Shown here in pieces: positions 28,257 through 41,618 of a stretch of DNA of 64,000 nt. Origin of the DNA: Octopus sinensis (lineage: Eukaryota); NCBI RefSeq assembly GCF_006345805.1, contig NW_021831861.1, positions 1 through 64,000 on the forward strand. The letters run 5' to 3'. The translations under genes and the position numbers were made by a program. Position 1 is the first letter of the stretch. Each line of letters opens with the position of its first letter. A model generated the notes under the pieces. The model ran no database searches. It had not been told where the DNA came from and saw only the letters and a program-made list of their open reading frames with translations.

Positions 28257-28958
28257 ACAGGATACGATGGTTAAACTGCTGCCATTTTATACTTTTAATT
28301 TTCGCTCATATGCGTTGTTTGCTTTTGACTTTGTCGACTACACAGTATTGTAGGGTCAATTGGACTCTCTGTGAGAGAAAACAGCACTGTGAAACAATTC
28401 CCTCAGCCAGAAATTTGGAAACAACATGCTGTACTGCTTGGCATTTGCGCCGGAAGCTCCCTACAAACAGTTCAGTGTTTGGGTGTCAATCCGAGGACAG
28501 TGCAATCTGAAGACCGTACAACCTGAGGATAGTGCAATCTGAGGACATGTACCGAGAGTGAATAAAAATCAAACATCCAGTCAAGATCATGGTGTTTGGA
28601 GTGACCACTAGTGATAGCGATCTTATGCCTCCATTCGTCTTCCCACACGGCCTCAGACTCAACTCGGGGACCTACATCAAGTGCCTGGAGGAGAGAGTGC
28701 TGCTCTGGGTCAAAAGGGTGGCTGCTGGAAGACGCTATGTCTGGCAATAGGACTCTGCACCATTCCACACAAGCAGAGAAATCCAGTCATGGCTGTCAGA
28801 CAAGTTCTGCGACCACACCACCCCTAACATCTGGCCACCAAACTTTCCAGACTGCAACCTCCTTGATTATTATGTGCGGGACGCAGTTGAGCGAGAGACC
28901 AACAAAACTTCTTGTAATACCAAAGATGAACTGAAGGCAAGGATTATGGCAGCATTCA
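28257..28958 (+). mobile_element. Tc1/mariner-superfamily DD37D (maT-like) transposase remnant
   Basis: KIMVFGV...YIKCLEERVLLWV...YVWQ*DSAPFHTS...WPPNFPDCNLLDY; 37 residues between the second and third Asp; premature stop; truncated at the fold-back that starts at 28958. Confidence 0.8.
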
Positions 28959-29417
28959 CAAATATACTTCACATTAAAAGATTATCTACTAAATAATACT
29001 AATAAAGTTGACCGTATATCTTCGAAGTTTCATTCCCTGGTAAAACTCCATGTATTTTAAGATTATTCAGGCAAAATTGGCTCCCTTAGCTAAAAGACGT
29101 CAAGGTTGTGCGACCAGACCTAGTTTTCGAGGTTATCTTAGCAATAAAAAAGAGTTGATGTGCAAAAAATAAACTTTATTTGATAGCCGAAAGATTACCG
29201 AATCTTTTGATACCTCATAAGTCAAAATTAGCAGCTCAGTTTTCCTGAAAACTAGGTCTGGTCGCACAACCTTGACGTCTTTTAGCTAAGGGAGCCAATT
29301 TTGCCTGAATAATCTTAAAATACATGGAGTTTTACCAGGGAATGAAACTTCGAAGATATACGGTCAACTTTATTAGTATTATTTAGTAGATAATCTTTTA
29401 ATGTGAAGTATGTTTGT
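28958..29417. repeat. Near-perfect inverted repeat, ~170-bp arms and ~118-bp spacer
   Basis: 28958-29128 is the reverse complement of 29247-29417. Confidence 0.9.
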
Positions 29418-30047
29418 CTGTGTTTTGTTTAGCCCAGAGTTGCCTCTGATGTAGCAGACGTATCACAGTTTTTTTTCTTTCTGAAATACTGTAAATTTGT
29501 GTCTTTCTTTTGACGAAAGGTTGTACTTTAAGAGAGATTTGACTGCTATTTGTAATATCTCAAGCTACCACAAAGACACCTGTGTGTGTGTATGTGTGTT
29601 TTGTTGTGGTGAAAAGTACATGTTCTCAGAATGATATGCACACTAATTTTTAAAGAAATCTGGACATCCTTCTTGCTGCTAACCATTCAACTACAAATTA
29701 CAATTGTTAATTGTTGGAAGTCAAGTAGACTGCGATGTACACTTAGTGTTATCGTACAGAGCTGAACTTGTGGTTAGTAATCCGTAACCTTAAATTTGAA
29801 GCCATTAAGTCTTTAAATAATATTTTACTGGGTCTAGTCACTTGACTGTCGCCATGATGGAATATCACCCCCAAAAATTTAATTGATCATACGGACCTCT
29901 GTACGTATTTCAGTCCGGCATTTATTTTTACAGATCTCTGTTTGATGAACTACTAACTTTGAGACATAGTAGGACACAATACGCCGGGGGCACTGTATAT
30001 AGTATATATATATTACATAACATATATATAATTTATATATATATTAT

Positions 30048-30085
<38 letters not shown>

Positions 30086-30459
30086 CATACATGTATATGT
30101 CACACACATACACACACACGCGCACACACACACATACACACATGCACACACACACACACAACACACACACATGCACACACACACCCATATATATATATAT
30201 ATATATATATATACATTCATAACCAAACCCGAAAGGCTTGTTTATAGATATTAAAGCGTTCATTTGTGGATTTGCGGGTTCGATTCTGCCTGAGGCTAGC
30301 TCATCATTTTTCGTCCATTTGTTTGTATTTAAAAATTGTCGCTTCAAAGCATAGAATAAATATCATGATATATTATCATACAGTTTTATATCTTTGTGTA
30401 TGTGTGTGTGTGTTATATATGTATATATAGAAAAATACATACATCAGTGCCTACATAAA

Positions 30460-30490
<31 letters not shown>

Positions 30491-31136
30491 TTACACAGAA
30501 AGCACACAAACCAGTAATGCATGCAAAAGACACTTTATATCATACACATGTGTACTGATATCCCGTCCAACAATTGTCTTCAATTACCCCAGTGGTCTTG
30601 TGCTATGCCCAAGATTACCACTATTATTCTTAAGCGAATTTCCTCAATTTTCCTCCTCCCTTCCCCACCTAAACCACTTCAGCTGTCTGGTATTCTATAA
30701 AGTCGGTGTTACTGTTGCTCTGTAGCTTATATGCGAAGGTATTTGGCGACAGCATGCGGCTGTAGTGTTTATTTACGTATCAAAGCTTTTCCTCGACACG
30801 GGAACGTTTGTGCAAACAAACACCGTCTCACGTTTCGCACGTCCAGTACAATTGCCACCCACTTTCATATTGTTATGAAGCTTTAGTTCACTTGACTGGC
30901 TGGTCCTTTCTAGGCAAATGAGTTTACAATGTATGCAATGAGTAGAACTACGATGTTGTGAACCGCGGTTTCACGTAGTGAGTTGCAGTGTCGAGATGAA
31001 CACTTCGCTGAGAGACCATGTCGTAAAATCATTATGAGAGTGTCTTTTCAAATACATATGAATGTAGATTTCGTTAGATTTTTAAAATTTATTTTGGAAC
31101 ATTTACCAAATTGATGGTATGTCCTTTGTGAGGGAA

Positions 31137-31556
31137 GGCAGCGAGCTGGCAGAAACGTTAGCACGCCGGGCGAAATGCTTAGCGGTATTTCGTCTGCCGT
31201 TACGTTCTGAGTTCAAATTCTGCCATGGTCGACTTTGCCTTTCATCCTTTCGGGGTCGATGAAATAAGTACCAGTTACGCACTGTGGTCGATGTAATCGA
31301 CTTAATCCGTTTGTCTGTCCTTGTTTGTCCTCTCTGTGTTTAGCCCCTTGTGGGTTGTAAAGAAATAGGTATTTCGTCTGCCGTTACGTTCTGAGTTCAA
31401 ATTCCGCCGAGGTCGACTTTGCCTTTCACCCTTTCGTGGTCGATAAACTAAGTACCAGTTACGGACTGGGGTCGATATAATCGACTTAATCCGTTTGTCT
31501 GTCCTTGTTTTTTCGCTCTGTGTTTAGCCCCTTGTGGGTAGTAAAGATATAGGTAT
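31137..31556 (+). mobile_element. SINE family B dimer (other monomers/dimers at about 2185-2385, 15243-15630, 40443-40780 and 57354-57577)
   Basis: Same head and unit junction gaaata|ggtatttcg. Confidence 0.8.
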
Positions 31557-34049
31557 GTGCTTTGTGTGTGTGTGTGGGGGGATATTGAGAAAAATTTGAA
31601 AGTGCGTCAGGTTTTTATACACGTATATTTTTTGTGTATTTAAAATAAGTTTAACTGTGTAACATAAGAAGAAAATATTCTTTACGTTTACTCTTTTACT
31701 TGTTTCAGTCATTTGACTGTAGCCATGCTAGAGCACCGCCTTTAGTCGAGAAAATCGATCCCTGGACTTATCCCTTGGAAGCCTAGTACTTATTCTATCG
31801 GTCTCTTTTGCCGGACCGCTATGTTACGGGGGACGTAAACACGCCACGCAGCCATTTCCAATAAAGTATGTATATATATATATATATATATTATATATTA
31901 TGTGAAATAGAAAGATGAATAATCTTGTAGCAGATTAATCAAAAGTTTAACCGATATCTTGGTAGCAAAAATCACACCAGAAGACAGCACGGTTGGAGGT
32001 ACAACCATATGGTGTTGCAACCGTGCGTTGGTGCGGATAATTGAAATTAAAATATTATTGGTGAATGAAGAAGAAATGGAGCTGAACGAAGATTGAACAG
32101 AAATCGTTTTATTTCATTCTACACGTGTTTCGAAAGGCACAATTTACCAAAATCCGATTGAATAATGAGACCATATTGTGTCTTTCTCTTTAAGGAAAAT
32201 AGGAAATCCGTTGGAAAAAACAAAAACAGAACAGAGGCGGAGCCAAAAAATCGAACTAGGCTCCTAAGAGCCCATGGCAAAACTGTTTATCAGTGTATGT
32301 TGAGAACGGTGGTTGAAGATTTTAACGGTCAGGCAGCGGTCATTCCTGTGGGTGAGGGTGTGTAGATGTTCTTTGTGACCGAGAATAAAGTTCTGACTAT
32401 TTAAGGAATATTGGATGTTTATAAGGGGCGAGAAAAAATCTACTTAGAGACATGTGTGTGTTACTGTTCTATATATGTGTGCTGGCGCAGGTTGGCAAGA
32501 CCTCCGTCAAGGGGTAGAAAACATTTTTTGTGTACGTGTGTGCGTTTGATCGCTCGGCTGTCAGTGGTTAAGCCGCTCTACACAATGGCTACTGCAGTAA
32601 GAACCGTTGGGTGGCAGAAAAAAATATATTATGTTTTATGTGTGCGTGTGTTCGTCTGAACCTGCCTTGTCAAGGAAACCCCCCGTCGTCAAAAAACAAA
32701 GCCCCGTTTATCTTACAGGAGTAATTCCCCTTGCAGTGGTTAATCGTAATTATCTTAAAGGCTATTTCAGAATTTGTTACCAAGGGCTATGGGTGCAGGT
32801 ATTATTTATAAACGCTATTTAAAAGCCAGATAAGTGTAACGCCGCCAATGGGGGCATCGAAAAGCCGACTGTAAAAGTCCGTTTACCATCCGGCCTCTGG
32901 CGAACAAAATATGGAAGAGTTCGGAGACACAAAGGTTGCACTTCCTTCTGCCCCTATCAAATGGGAGGGCCACCGACAAAATTGACCATTCAGCCTGTAG
33001 CTGAGTTCGTATCCTTCAATCGCCATATTAGCTTGCTGAGTCCCGTGGTCTGGCGTTGTTCATGTCCGAAAAGTTGCGTAATGATTGGAGATTCGCAAAG
33101 CCAATCTTGACGATGAGGCCCCTACATAAGTGTAGACATCTGAGTCCGTGTAAACCTGCATTGGTAGACGGCGTTTCTGATCTTGGAGTTCGCCGACGTG
33201 AATCTTATTCTGCTAGATTAGTTTCTGAAATTAGAACTGCGTTCCAGTCACTATATTGTTACGAGAACTGCAGCCGCTTACTACTTTATTTTCCACTACG
33301 TCACTATTAACTAACGGAATAACCCCTGATTCTCCACTATCTATCAGAGTGCTGTCATTGCTAGTGCCCGTGGTGCTGCTATTGCGGGAAATGATGCTGG
33401 GGTTGCTATTGGGGCTCTCTACCCTACTCCCATTGTTACCGTCAACCACAACACCCCTAGTTATAACTATACCTCTAGTGTGTACTCCCTGGCTGGAGCT
33501 GAGGATTATGTGTCCTGTATGGCTCTCATATCATATTACTACGAAATTATTCCTACTGAGCATTAACAGGGAGCGGAGAGGTGTGCCTCCGGAAAAAGGT
33601 GATGTGATAGGGACTTAGTAGTAGCCTATATTGTCTGTTACGGTCTTAGCATGATTTGAGAAGACACTGACATACTTCAAATTAGTGGAAGGCTTATGGT
33701 AAGGGCAGTATGAGTCGCTATTAAGGTTAAGTGTAACGTACACACTAGGGGAGTATAGTTATATATAGGGGTGTTGTGGTTGACGGTAACAATGGGAGTA
33801 GGGTAGAGAGCCCCAATAGCAACCCCAGCATCATTTCCCGCAATAGCAGCACCACGGGCACTAGCAATGATAGCACTCTGATAGATAGTGGAGAATCAGG
33901 GGTTATTCCGTTAGTTAATAGTGACGTAGTGGAAAATAAAGTAGTAAGCGGCTGCAGTTCTCGTAACAAATATAGTGACAGGAACGCAGTTCTAATTTCA
34001 GAAACTAATCCTAGCAGAATAAGATTCACGTCGGCGAACTCCAAGATCA

Positions 34050-34350
34050 GAAACGCCGTCTACCAATGCAAGGTTTACACGGACTCATATGTCTACACTT
34101 ATGTAGGGGCCTCATCGTCAAGATTGGCTTTGCGAATCTCCAATCATTACGCAACTTTTCGGGACATGAACAAACGCCAGACCACGGGACTCAGCAAGCT
34201 AATATGGCGATTGAAGGATACGAACTCAAGCTACAGGTTGGAATGGTCAATTTTGTCGGTGGCCCCCCATTTGATAGGGGCAGAAGGAAGTGCAACCTTT
34301 GTGTCTCCGAACTCTTCCATATTTTGTTCGCCAGAGGCCGGATGGTAACG
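34050..34350 (+). pseudogene. PLE GIY-YIG endonuclease domain, frameshifted
   Basis: NAVYQCKVYTDSYVYTYVGASSSRLALRISNHYATFRDMNKRQTTGLSKLIWRLKDTNSSYRLEWSILSVA/PFDRGRRKCNLCVSELFHILF; the mirror copy lies at about 32870-33175 on the minus strand. Confidence 0.8.
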
Positions 34351-35026
34351 GACTTTTACAGTCGGCTTTTCGATGCCCCCATTGGCGCGTTACACTTATC
34401 TGGCTTTTAAATAGCGTTTATAAATAATACCTGCACCCATAGCCCTTGGTAACAAATTCTGAAATAGCCTTTAAGATATTACGATTAACCACTGCAAGGG
34501 GAATTACTCCTGTAAGATAAACGGGGCTTTGTTTTTTGACGACGGGGGGTTCCTTGACAAGGCAGGTTCAGACGAACACACGCACACATAAAACATAATA
34601 TATTTTTTTCTGCCACCCAACGGTTCTTACTGCAGTAGCCATTGTGTAGAGCGGCTTAACCACTGACAGCCGAGCGATCAACGCACACACGTACACAAAA
34701 AATGTTTTCTACCTCTTGACGGAGGTCTTGCCAACCTGCGCCAGCACACATATATAGAACAGTAAACACACACATGTCTCTAAGTAGATTTTTCTCGCCC
34801 CTTATAAAACATCCAATATTCCTTAAATAGTCAGAACTTTATTCTCGGTCACAAAGAACATCTACACACCCTCACCCACAGGAATGACCGAGCCTGACCC
34901 GTTAAAATCTTCAACCACGGTTCTCAACATACACTGATAAACAGTTTTGCCATGGGCTCTTAGGAGCCTAGTTCGATTTGTTTTGCTCCGCCTCTGTTCT
35001 GTTTTTGTTTTTTCCAACGGATTTCC

Positions 35027-35119
35027 TATTTCTTCCTGAAGAGAAAGACACAATATGGTCTCATTATTCAATCGGATTTTGGTAAATTGTGCCTTTCGAA
35101 AACCGTGTAGAATGAAATA
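35027..35119 (+). ncRNA. Type I hammerhead ribozyme motif at the PLE 3' end, extended stem II
   Basis: atttcttc-CTGAAGA(35036-35042)-gaaagacacaat...attgtgcctttc-GAA-aaccgtgt-A-gaatgaaat. The mirror copy (about 32110-32200, minus) has the palindromic stem III ACACGTGT but a damaged core. Confidence 0.65.
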
Positions 35120-35165
35120 AAACGATTTCTGTTCAATCTTCGTTCAGCTCCATTTCTTCAATTCA

Positions 35166-35237
<72 letters not shown>

Positions 35238-35716
35238 TTATATATATATATATAATATAATATGATATATATAACGACTACATGTACAATTCATTTACGA
35301 CAATCACATGATGTCACACACACACACCACACACACACATCTATATATGCATACATAAATACACACATACTTATATACATACATATACATGATGGGCTTC
35401 CATGCAGTTTCTGTGTACCAGATTAGTTCACAAAGCTTTTGTCGGTCCAGGGCTATAGTAGAAGACACTTGCCCAAGATGTCACACTGTTGGACTGAGCT
35501 CGTAACCATACTGGCATGTAGGTATATATGTATGTATGCATGTATGTGTGTATGTATGTACGTATGTATGTATGTATGTATGTATGTATGTATGTATGTA
35601 TGTATTTGTGTATGTAGTGTGTGTATGTATATGAATATGTATTCTATATATATATATATAATAGAGAGAGAGAGAGAGAAAGAGAGAGATACAGACAGAC
35701 AGACAGAGATAGATAG

Positions 35717-35804
<88 letters not shown>

Positions 35805-37680
35805 GGATGTGAATTCGGAATCGCCTGCTGCAAAGCGAGCTTCTTAAAAGCAAGGCCATGCTTGCTCATAAAAACCATACGCATTTCTATATCTCTAAAA
35901 ATATGATCCAAATAAGAAAACAAAGACTTTGGTACATATTTAATGACCAGTTACAATTGTTTCTGCACCAACTATGCTTTCAGTGCCAGTTCACGCGAAA
36001 GTTCCAGTGGAAATTTATTTAATATTTGCTGTTTTTAAACATCGGAGTGGCACTACTTCAGACCTGCATTTACTGTGCGCTCTTACATTGTGCGTCTGTC
36101 AGATATAAACATCAAGTAAAAATTACGTTTTGGCTGACATTTTTTTGTTTTAATTTCTCATACAGAAATTATTTATGGCAACAAAGGAAGAAAAAAGAAA
36201 CAGAACTAGAAGAAAAACTAATGTATATTATCAAATTTGTGTTTGCAATACCGGTCGTGATACCGAGCACCCGATCAGGAGGGTTTAACAACAAAGACAA
36301 ATATAATTAGCTTTTAGTATATCATCGCACTAATCATTGTCTTTAGAAAAAAAGAATCTTCAAAAGCATTCTGAGATTCCTGATAAACCGTTGCTAACTG
36401 CTGTCAGAGATAAGGAGACGAGACAGAGCTGCACGAATTAAAGGGTCTGTGAGGAACAGTTGCTAACTGTTGTCAGATTTGGAGAAGTGATACCGACCTG
36501 CTTTAATTCTACAATATGTATTGGCAACGTTTCAACTCATGAAATACGATGCGATTTTAAAAGTAGCAGTGATAACCTTGTCTTTCTTCGTGATAAAATT
36601 TAGTCTTTAATGTGTCTAACTAAGTGCATGTGTTAATTACGTAGACAGCTTAAAGACCATTGCAAAAGTTTGTATATGAATATATTAGGGGATACATATC
36701 CCCTCTCACACATGTATTTCATTATTGAGTTTTATTTCAAGGTATCTTGCCAACAGAGAAAGAGCCGGTTTCTAACCTAAATCCAATTTCAACATCAGCA
36801 GGGTATTTTTGCATACATGTGCAGTATTTGGAGATATTGCATGTGCATAATTGTATGCTTTTTCTTGTTTGTGTGTGTGTGGTGGGTGTGTGTGTGTGTG
36901 TGTGTGTGTGTGATTACTCAGTTTTATTTCAAGATTTTTTGTCAACTGCGAAAGAATCAGTTTCTAACGTCTTTGGAAATGATAACAATTCTGTAATCTC
37001 GCCGCCTTAATAATAATAATAATAATAATAACTCGTTCACAAGGCCCGAAATTTGGGGGATAGGAAGGACTAGTCGATTACATCGACCCCAGTGTTTCAC
37101 TGGTATTTAATTCATCGACTTTGACAGGATGAAAAGCAAAGTCGACCTCGGCGGAATTTGAACTCAGAACGTAATGGCAAACGAAATACCGGTAAGCACT
37201 TCGCCCGGCGTGCTAACGATTCTGCCAACTCACCGCCTTAATAATAATAATTATTATTATTGAGTGAGAGAGCAGTGCATGCCATCAAAGTGACACTGGG
37301 GTAAAATATACGAAGCCCAATATACCCATCATGACTACCCGTCTGATAAAGGTACACCAGGCACATGCATCACAACCATATGTGCGCGACATGGTGATGA
37401 CTTTGCAGGTGGGGCCCAGTTAGAATTTTCTTCAGGTTGAGTAGCCCATCCCGCTCAAACGGTCCCTGAATAAGGGTTGTTTAAGGATGTTGAAAGAACC
37501 ACCCATGTTTCCAGAGGTGAATCATTCAAACCCCAAAGAATCCCTCTCAACACATGGCTATGATGCTCCCCCACTACTTCTGCTCGTGATCAGAGATGCA
37601 CGTATTGTCAGCCACTAAGGGACATGCTCAACTGGTTATGGTCAAACAACTGACAAGCAAATCTGTGGTATTAAGCAGAA

Positions 37681-37738
<58 letters not shown>

Positions 37739-37913
37739 AAAACAACAACAACAACAATTATAATAATAATTCTATTAATTAAAACTATAATTTTTCACAT
37801 TTTTACTCTAGTTAATCAAACTGCATAATAACGATTGCGCCCATCGAAATGATGTGTTTCCAATTAACTTACTAAATTAAATTAATTAATTACTTCCTTT
37901 TCTTATTCTTCAG

Positions 37914-37946
37914 GCAGCAAATTCAGCAAAGACCCACGGAAAGCCG
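37914..37946 (+). CDS. 33-nt microexon encoding the CUB1-CUB2 linker (SSKFSKDPRKA) of the NETO-like gene
   Basis: ttccttttcttattcttCAG acceptor and GTAAGT donor at 37947; phase 1/1 with no stop; joins exon 15008 to exon 56439 in frame and supplies a linker of about the length expected between NETO CUBs. Confidence 0.75.
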
Positions 37947-39289
37947 GTAAGTAGATTTCATTAACAGATTTCTCGAAAATACATCATTTGGAACCGCTGA
38001 GTAGATAGACTTTCACAAATGGGTCCGAGAGGTCGTGAGTTCGCATTCGCTCATTGGCACACAACGTTTTTATTTTTTTTCTATGTCTCGTACATAGATA
38101 TTGATTTCGCAGCGACTAAGTCGATATTGGTTTCAAATAATGGCACGAGATCAGCAACTTCGGGGACTGGGGGTGGTGGTGATGGTGGATGCAAGATTAT
38201 TTACATCTACCCTAGTATTTGTCTGGTACTTATTTTATTGTCAGGGTCCCAGCTATGAGTTAAACAACCAGCTCAACCCTCACAGGCTTGTTAGTATCCT
38301 GGGAAAGGAAAAGTCTAGAGGAGTCAACCTCGACAGCAAATCAAGGAGTGTAGACCCTCCGGCGGTTCGGTGCCCTCTTTGACATCCTTTTGGCGTATCT
38401 AGAAACTCTTCAGCTCGTTCTCCAGCCCTGCAAGACAATTCATCTTAGCGAAGGCCTCTCTAGTGTAAAACCCACGGCTCGTTGGTCACCGCTGCTGTCT
38501 TTTCCCGCTGACCCATTGTGGTCAGACTTCCAAATCTAAAGAGTGTGATCGAGTTGCGCAGACTGATTCTTATATTAGAACTATTAAAGCACAGGCAGGA
38601 AGAGAAACCCTGAAGCACCAAGGGTCGATTTGCATAGCCCCTTGAGGGCATGCTGTTCTCCTTAATGATCTTTGGATTCGAACAATCTGCTATCATATAA
38701 TAGAGCCAGGCGGTGAGCTGTCAGAGTCGTTAGTACGTCGGTCGATATGTTTAGAGCGATTTCTTCCGGTTCTTTACGTTCTGAGTTCATATCCCGTCGA
38801 AGGTGACTTTGATTTTCATCCTTTCGGCATCAATGATACCAGTAAAGTACTGGGGTCGATATAATCGAACTGACCCCGATCTTAAAATTGCTGGCTCTGT
38901 ACCAAAAATTTGATATGGTAAAGTAGCTCAGTGGTGAGTCAGCTGAGCCCAACTCTAATATGGACTGCGGCCATGCTGGGGTACACCCTTGAAAGGTTTT
39001 TATTCTATGAAATCGACCACATTAATTATTCTGCGTCTGATATTTATTCTGTTTATCTCTTTTCCCGAACGGCTAAGTTACGGCGATGTAAACAAACCTA
39101 CACCGGTTGAGAAATGAGAAATGCTAAGAGACACGCATCAACACATATGCACACACGCTCGTACATTCGTATCAGATTCACTCACATGACGTTAGTCGTC
39201 CTACGGCTAAAGTAGAAGGTACTTGCTCAAGATGCCGTGCAGCGAGACTGAAACCTTAACCATGTCGCTGTGATGCGAATTTCATATTG

Positions 39290-39731
39290 GCGTGTGTGTG
39301 TGTGTGTGTGTGTGTGTATACATGTATGTATGTATGTATGTATGTATGTATGTATGTATGTATGTATGTGTGTATGTATGTATGTATGTATGTGTGTGTG
39401 TATGTATGTATGTATGTATGTGTATGTATGTATGTATGTATGTATGTATGTGTATGTATGTTGTGTGTATGCATGTATGTATTATGTATGTATGTATGTA
39501 TGTATGTATGTGTGTGTATGTATGTATGTATGTGTATGTATGTGTGTGTGTATGCATGTATTTATTATGTATGTATGTGTGTCTGTATGTGTGTGTATGT
39601 ATGTATGTATGTATGTATGTGTATGTATGTATGTATGTGTGTGTGTTTGTATGTAAGCACTGGGGTCGGTGTAATAGACTTATACTCTCCCAGGCTTTGT
39701 GCTCAAATTTGAAACCATTATTATAATTATC

Positions 39732-39762
<31 letters not shown>

Positions 39763-39913
39763 TGGTGGTGGTGGTGGTGGTAGTGGTGGTAGTAGTAGTG
39801 GTGGTGGTGGTAGTAGCAGTGGTAGTAGTGGTGGTGGTAGTTGTAGTAGTAGTAGTAGTAGTAGTTAGTAGTAGTAGTGGTGTGGTAGTAGTAGTAGTAG
39901 TAGTAGTGGTGTG

Positions 39914-39955
<42 letters not shown>

Positions 39956-40052
39956 ACTGTAGTAGTAGTGGTGGTGGTTATGGTGGTGGTTGTAGTAGTA
40001 GTGGTAGTAGTAGTATTAACAGTAGTAGTAGTGGTAGTAGTAGTAGTAGTAC
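39290..40052. repeat. (TATG)n tract followed by a (TAG)n/(TGG)n tract
   Basis: Seen directly. Confidence 0.95.
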
Positions 40053-41618
40053 CACCACTCCATGTAGAAAGAAGAGTGAATTGTAACAGAGAGGAAACGA
40101 AAACGTATTTCTTTTCGAATATCTCATTCAAAGAACTTGTTCTTAGACCGTATCTGGAAATCGCTTCCAAAATAGCAAAAGAAAAAGAAAAAAAACGAAA
40201 AACGGTTTATCATGTGCAGACATTTTAAAACATTAATTTTTGTGTTTACATTTAACCTTAAAATGCTAACCACAACTCAGCGGAATTGAAAATAGCAGCA
40301 AAAAAGAAAAAAAAAGGAAAGCAGGAATAAGAAAGCCTATTTAATCACCCAACAAAATATAAACATTTTTCTAAGGAAAAATAATAATTTATTGGCAGAA
40401 AGCAAAAACACTAAAATAGATGTTTGTAACGATTTAGCAAAAGGCAGTGAGCTGGTAGAAACGTTAGCACGCCGTGCGAAATGCTTAGCGGTATTTCGTC
40501 TGCCGTTACGTTCTGAGTTCGAATTCCGCCGAGGTCGACTTTGCCTTTCATCCTTTCGGGGTCGATTAAATAGGTACCAGTTACGCAGTAGGGTCGATAT
40601 AATCGATTTAATCCGTTTGTCTGTCTTTGTTTGTCCTCTCCGTGTTTAGCCCCTTGTGAGTGGTAAAGAAATAGGTATTTCGTCTGTGGTTACGTTCAAA
40701 TTCCGTCGAGGTCGACTTTGCCTTTCATTCGTTTGGGGTCGATGAAATAAGTACCAGTTACGCATTGGGGTCGATATAATCGACTAACCTCCCCCCCCCT
40801 GCCCGAACATTTCAGACCTTGTGCCTATAGTAGAAAAAATTATTATTAAAGCGGCAAAAGCAGCGAGCTGATATAGTCGTTAGCATGCCGGTTTTTCGTC
40901 CGTCTTTATGTTCTGAGTTCAAAATCAGTCCGAGGTCAACTTTGCTTTCATCCTTTCGTGACCGATATTATAAAATAACAGTTAAGAACAAGGGCCCGAT
41001 GTAATCGATTATTACCCTTACCAAAATCCCAGGACTTGTGCCTAGAATAAAAAGGGTTACCACCATTTTAAGGCAACGTGCTGGCAGAATCATTAGTACG
41101 TTGGACAAAACGCTTGGGGGGAAAAGATTATTGTTATTATTAAAGTGGCGATCTGGCAGAATCGTTAGCCCGCTGTAGTTTATAGTTGGTTGTTTTTGCA
41201 GTCGTAGTGTTGTATCAATGTTTTTTAACTCTTTGTAAATTGTTTTTGCGCTGCTTTGCAGAGGGGTTTTTTTTTGTTTGTTTTTTTGTTTTTTTGCGAG
41301 ACTTTCTCTCCGCTTTAAGGAGAGTTAGCCAGGATAATGACAAAAAGTATTGGGTTATCCGGAAAGTTCGTGCCGATTTATAGTAGCTTATCTTTCGGCT
41401 TTTTTATATTTGGATATTACACCCTTTTGGATTTGAGTCACAATTGTAAGCCTAGTCTTAATCAATATTTTCTAAGTCCACCTATCTTCCTTTTTCTTTC
41501 GTCACTTTTACAAAGTTCTTTTTACCTAATACTCTGACCATCTTATTCACCGCCATTATCAGTTCTTCCTCTGAAGAGAACAACAATTCAGTGTCACTAA
41601 GGTGTAAGTAAAACATTT

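Larger units (their letters stand above)
32056..35171. mobile_element. Penelope-like retroelement: 5'-truncated minus-strand copy joined head-to-head to an inverted copy of its own 3' 1.43 kb
   Basis: Inverted arms 32056-33485 and 33738-35171. The spacer encodes, on the minus strand, VTLNLNSDSYCPYHKPSTNLKYVSVFSNH (PLE RT-thumb-type motif). The arms encode a GIY-YIG endonuclease (AVYQCKV...TYVG...RISNH...LSKLIW...CNLC) and end in an HHR motif + AATAAA; the right arm runs into (TA)n. Confidence 0.85.

Noticed and set aside
33056-33618. Hydrophobic ORF MLRELQPLTTLF...LLLGLSTLLPLL resembling a membrane protein (mirror at 33745-34044)
   Set aside because: It is the antisense frame of the Ser/Asn-rich PLE linker and is duplicated only because of the inverted repeat.
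35946-36066. Minus-strand GAA-ACAATTGT-A with an upstream CTGAAGT
   Set aside because: A9 is mutated and stem II is unclear; counted only as a probable half-motif.
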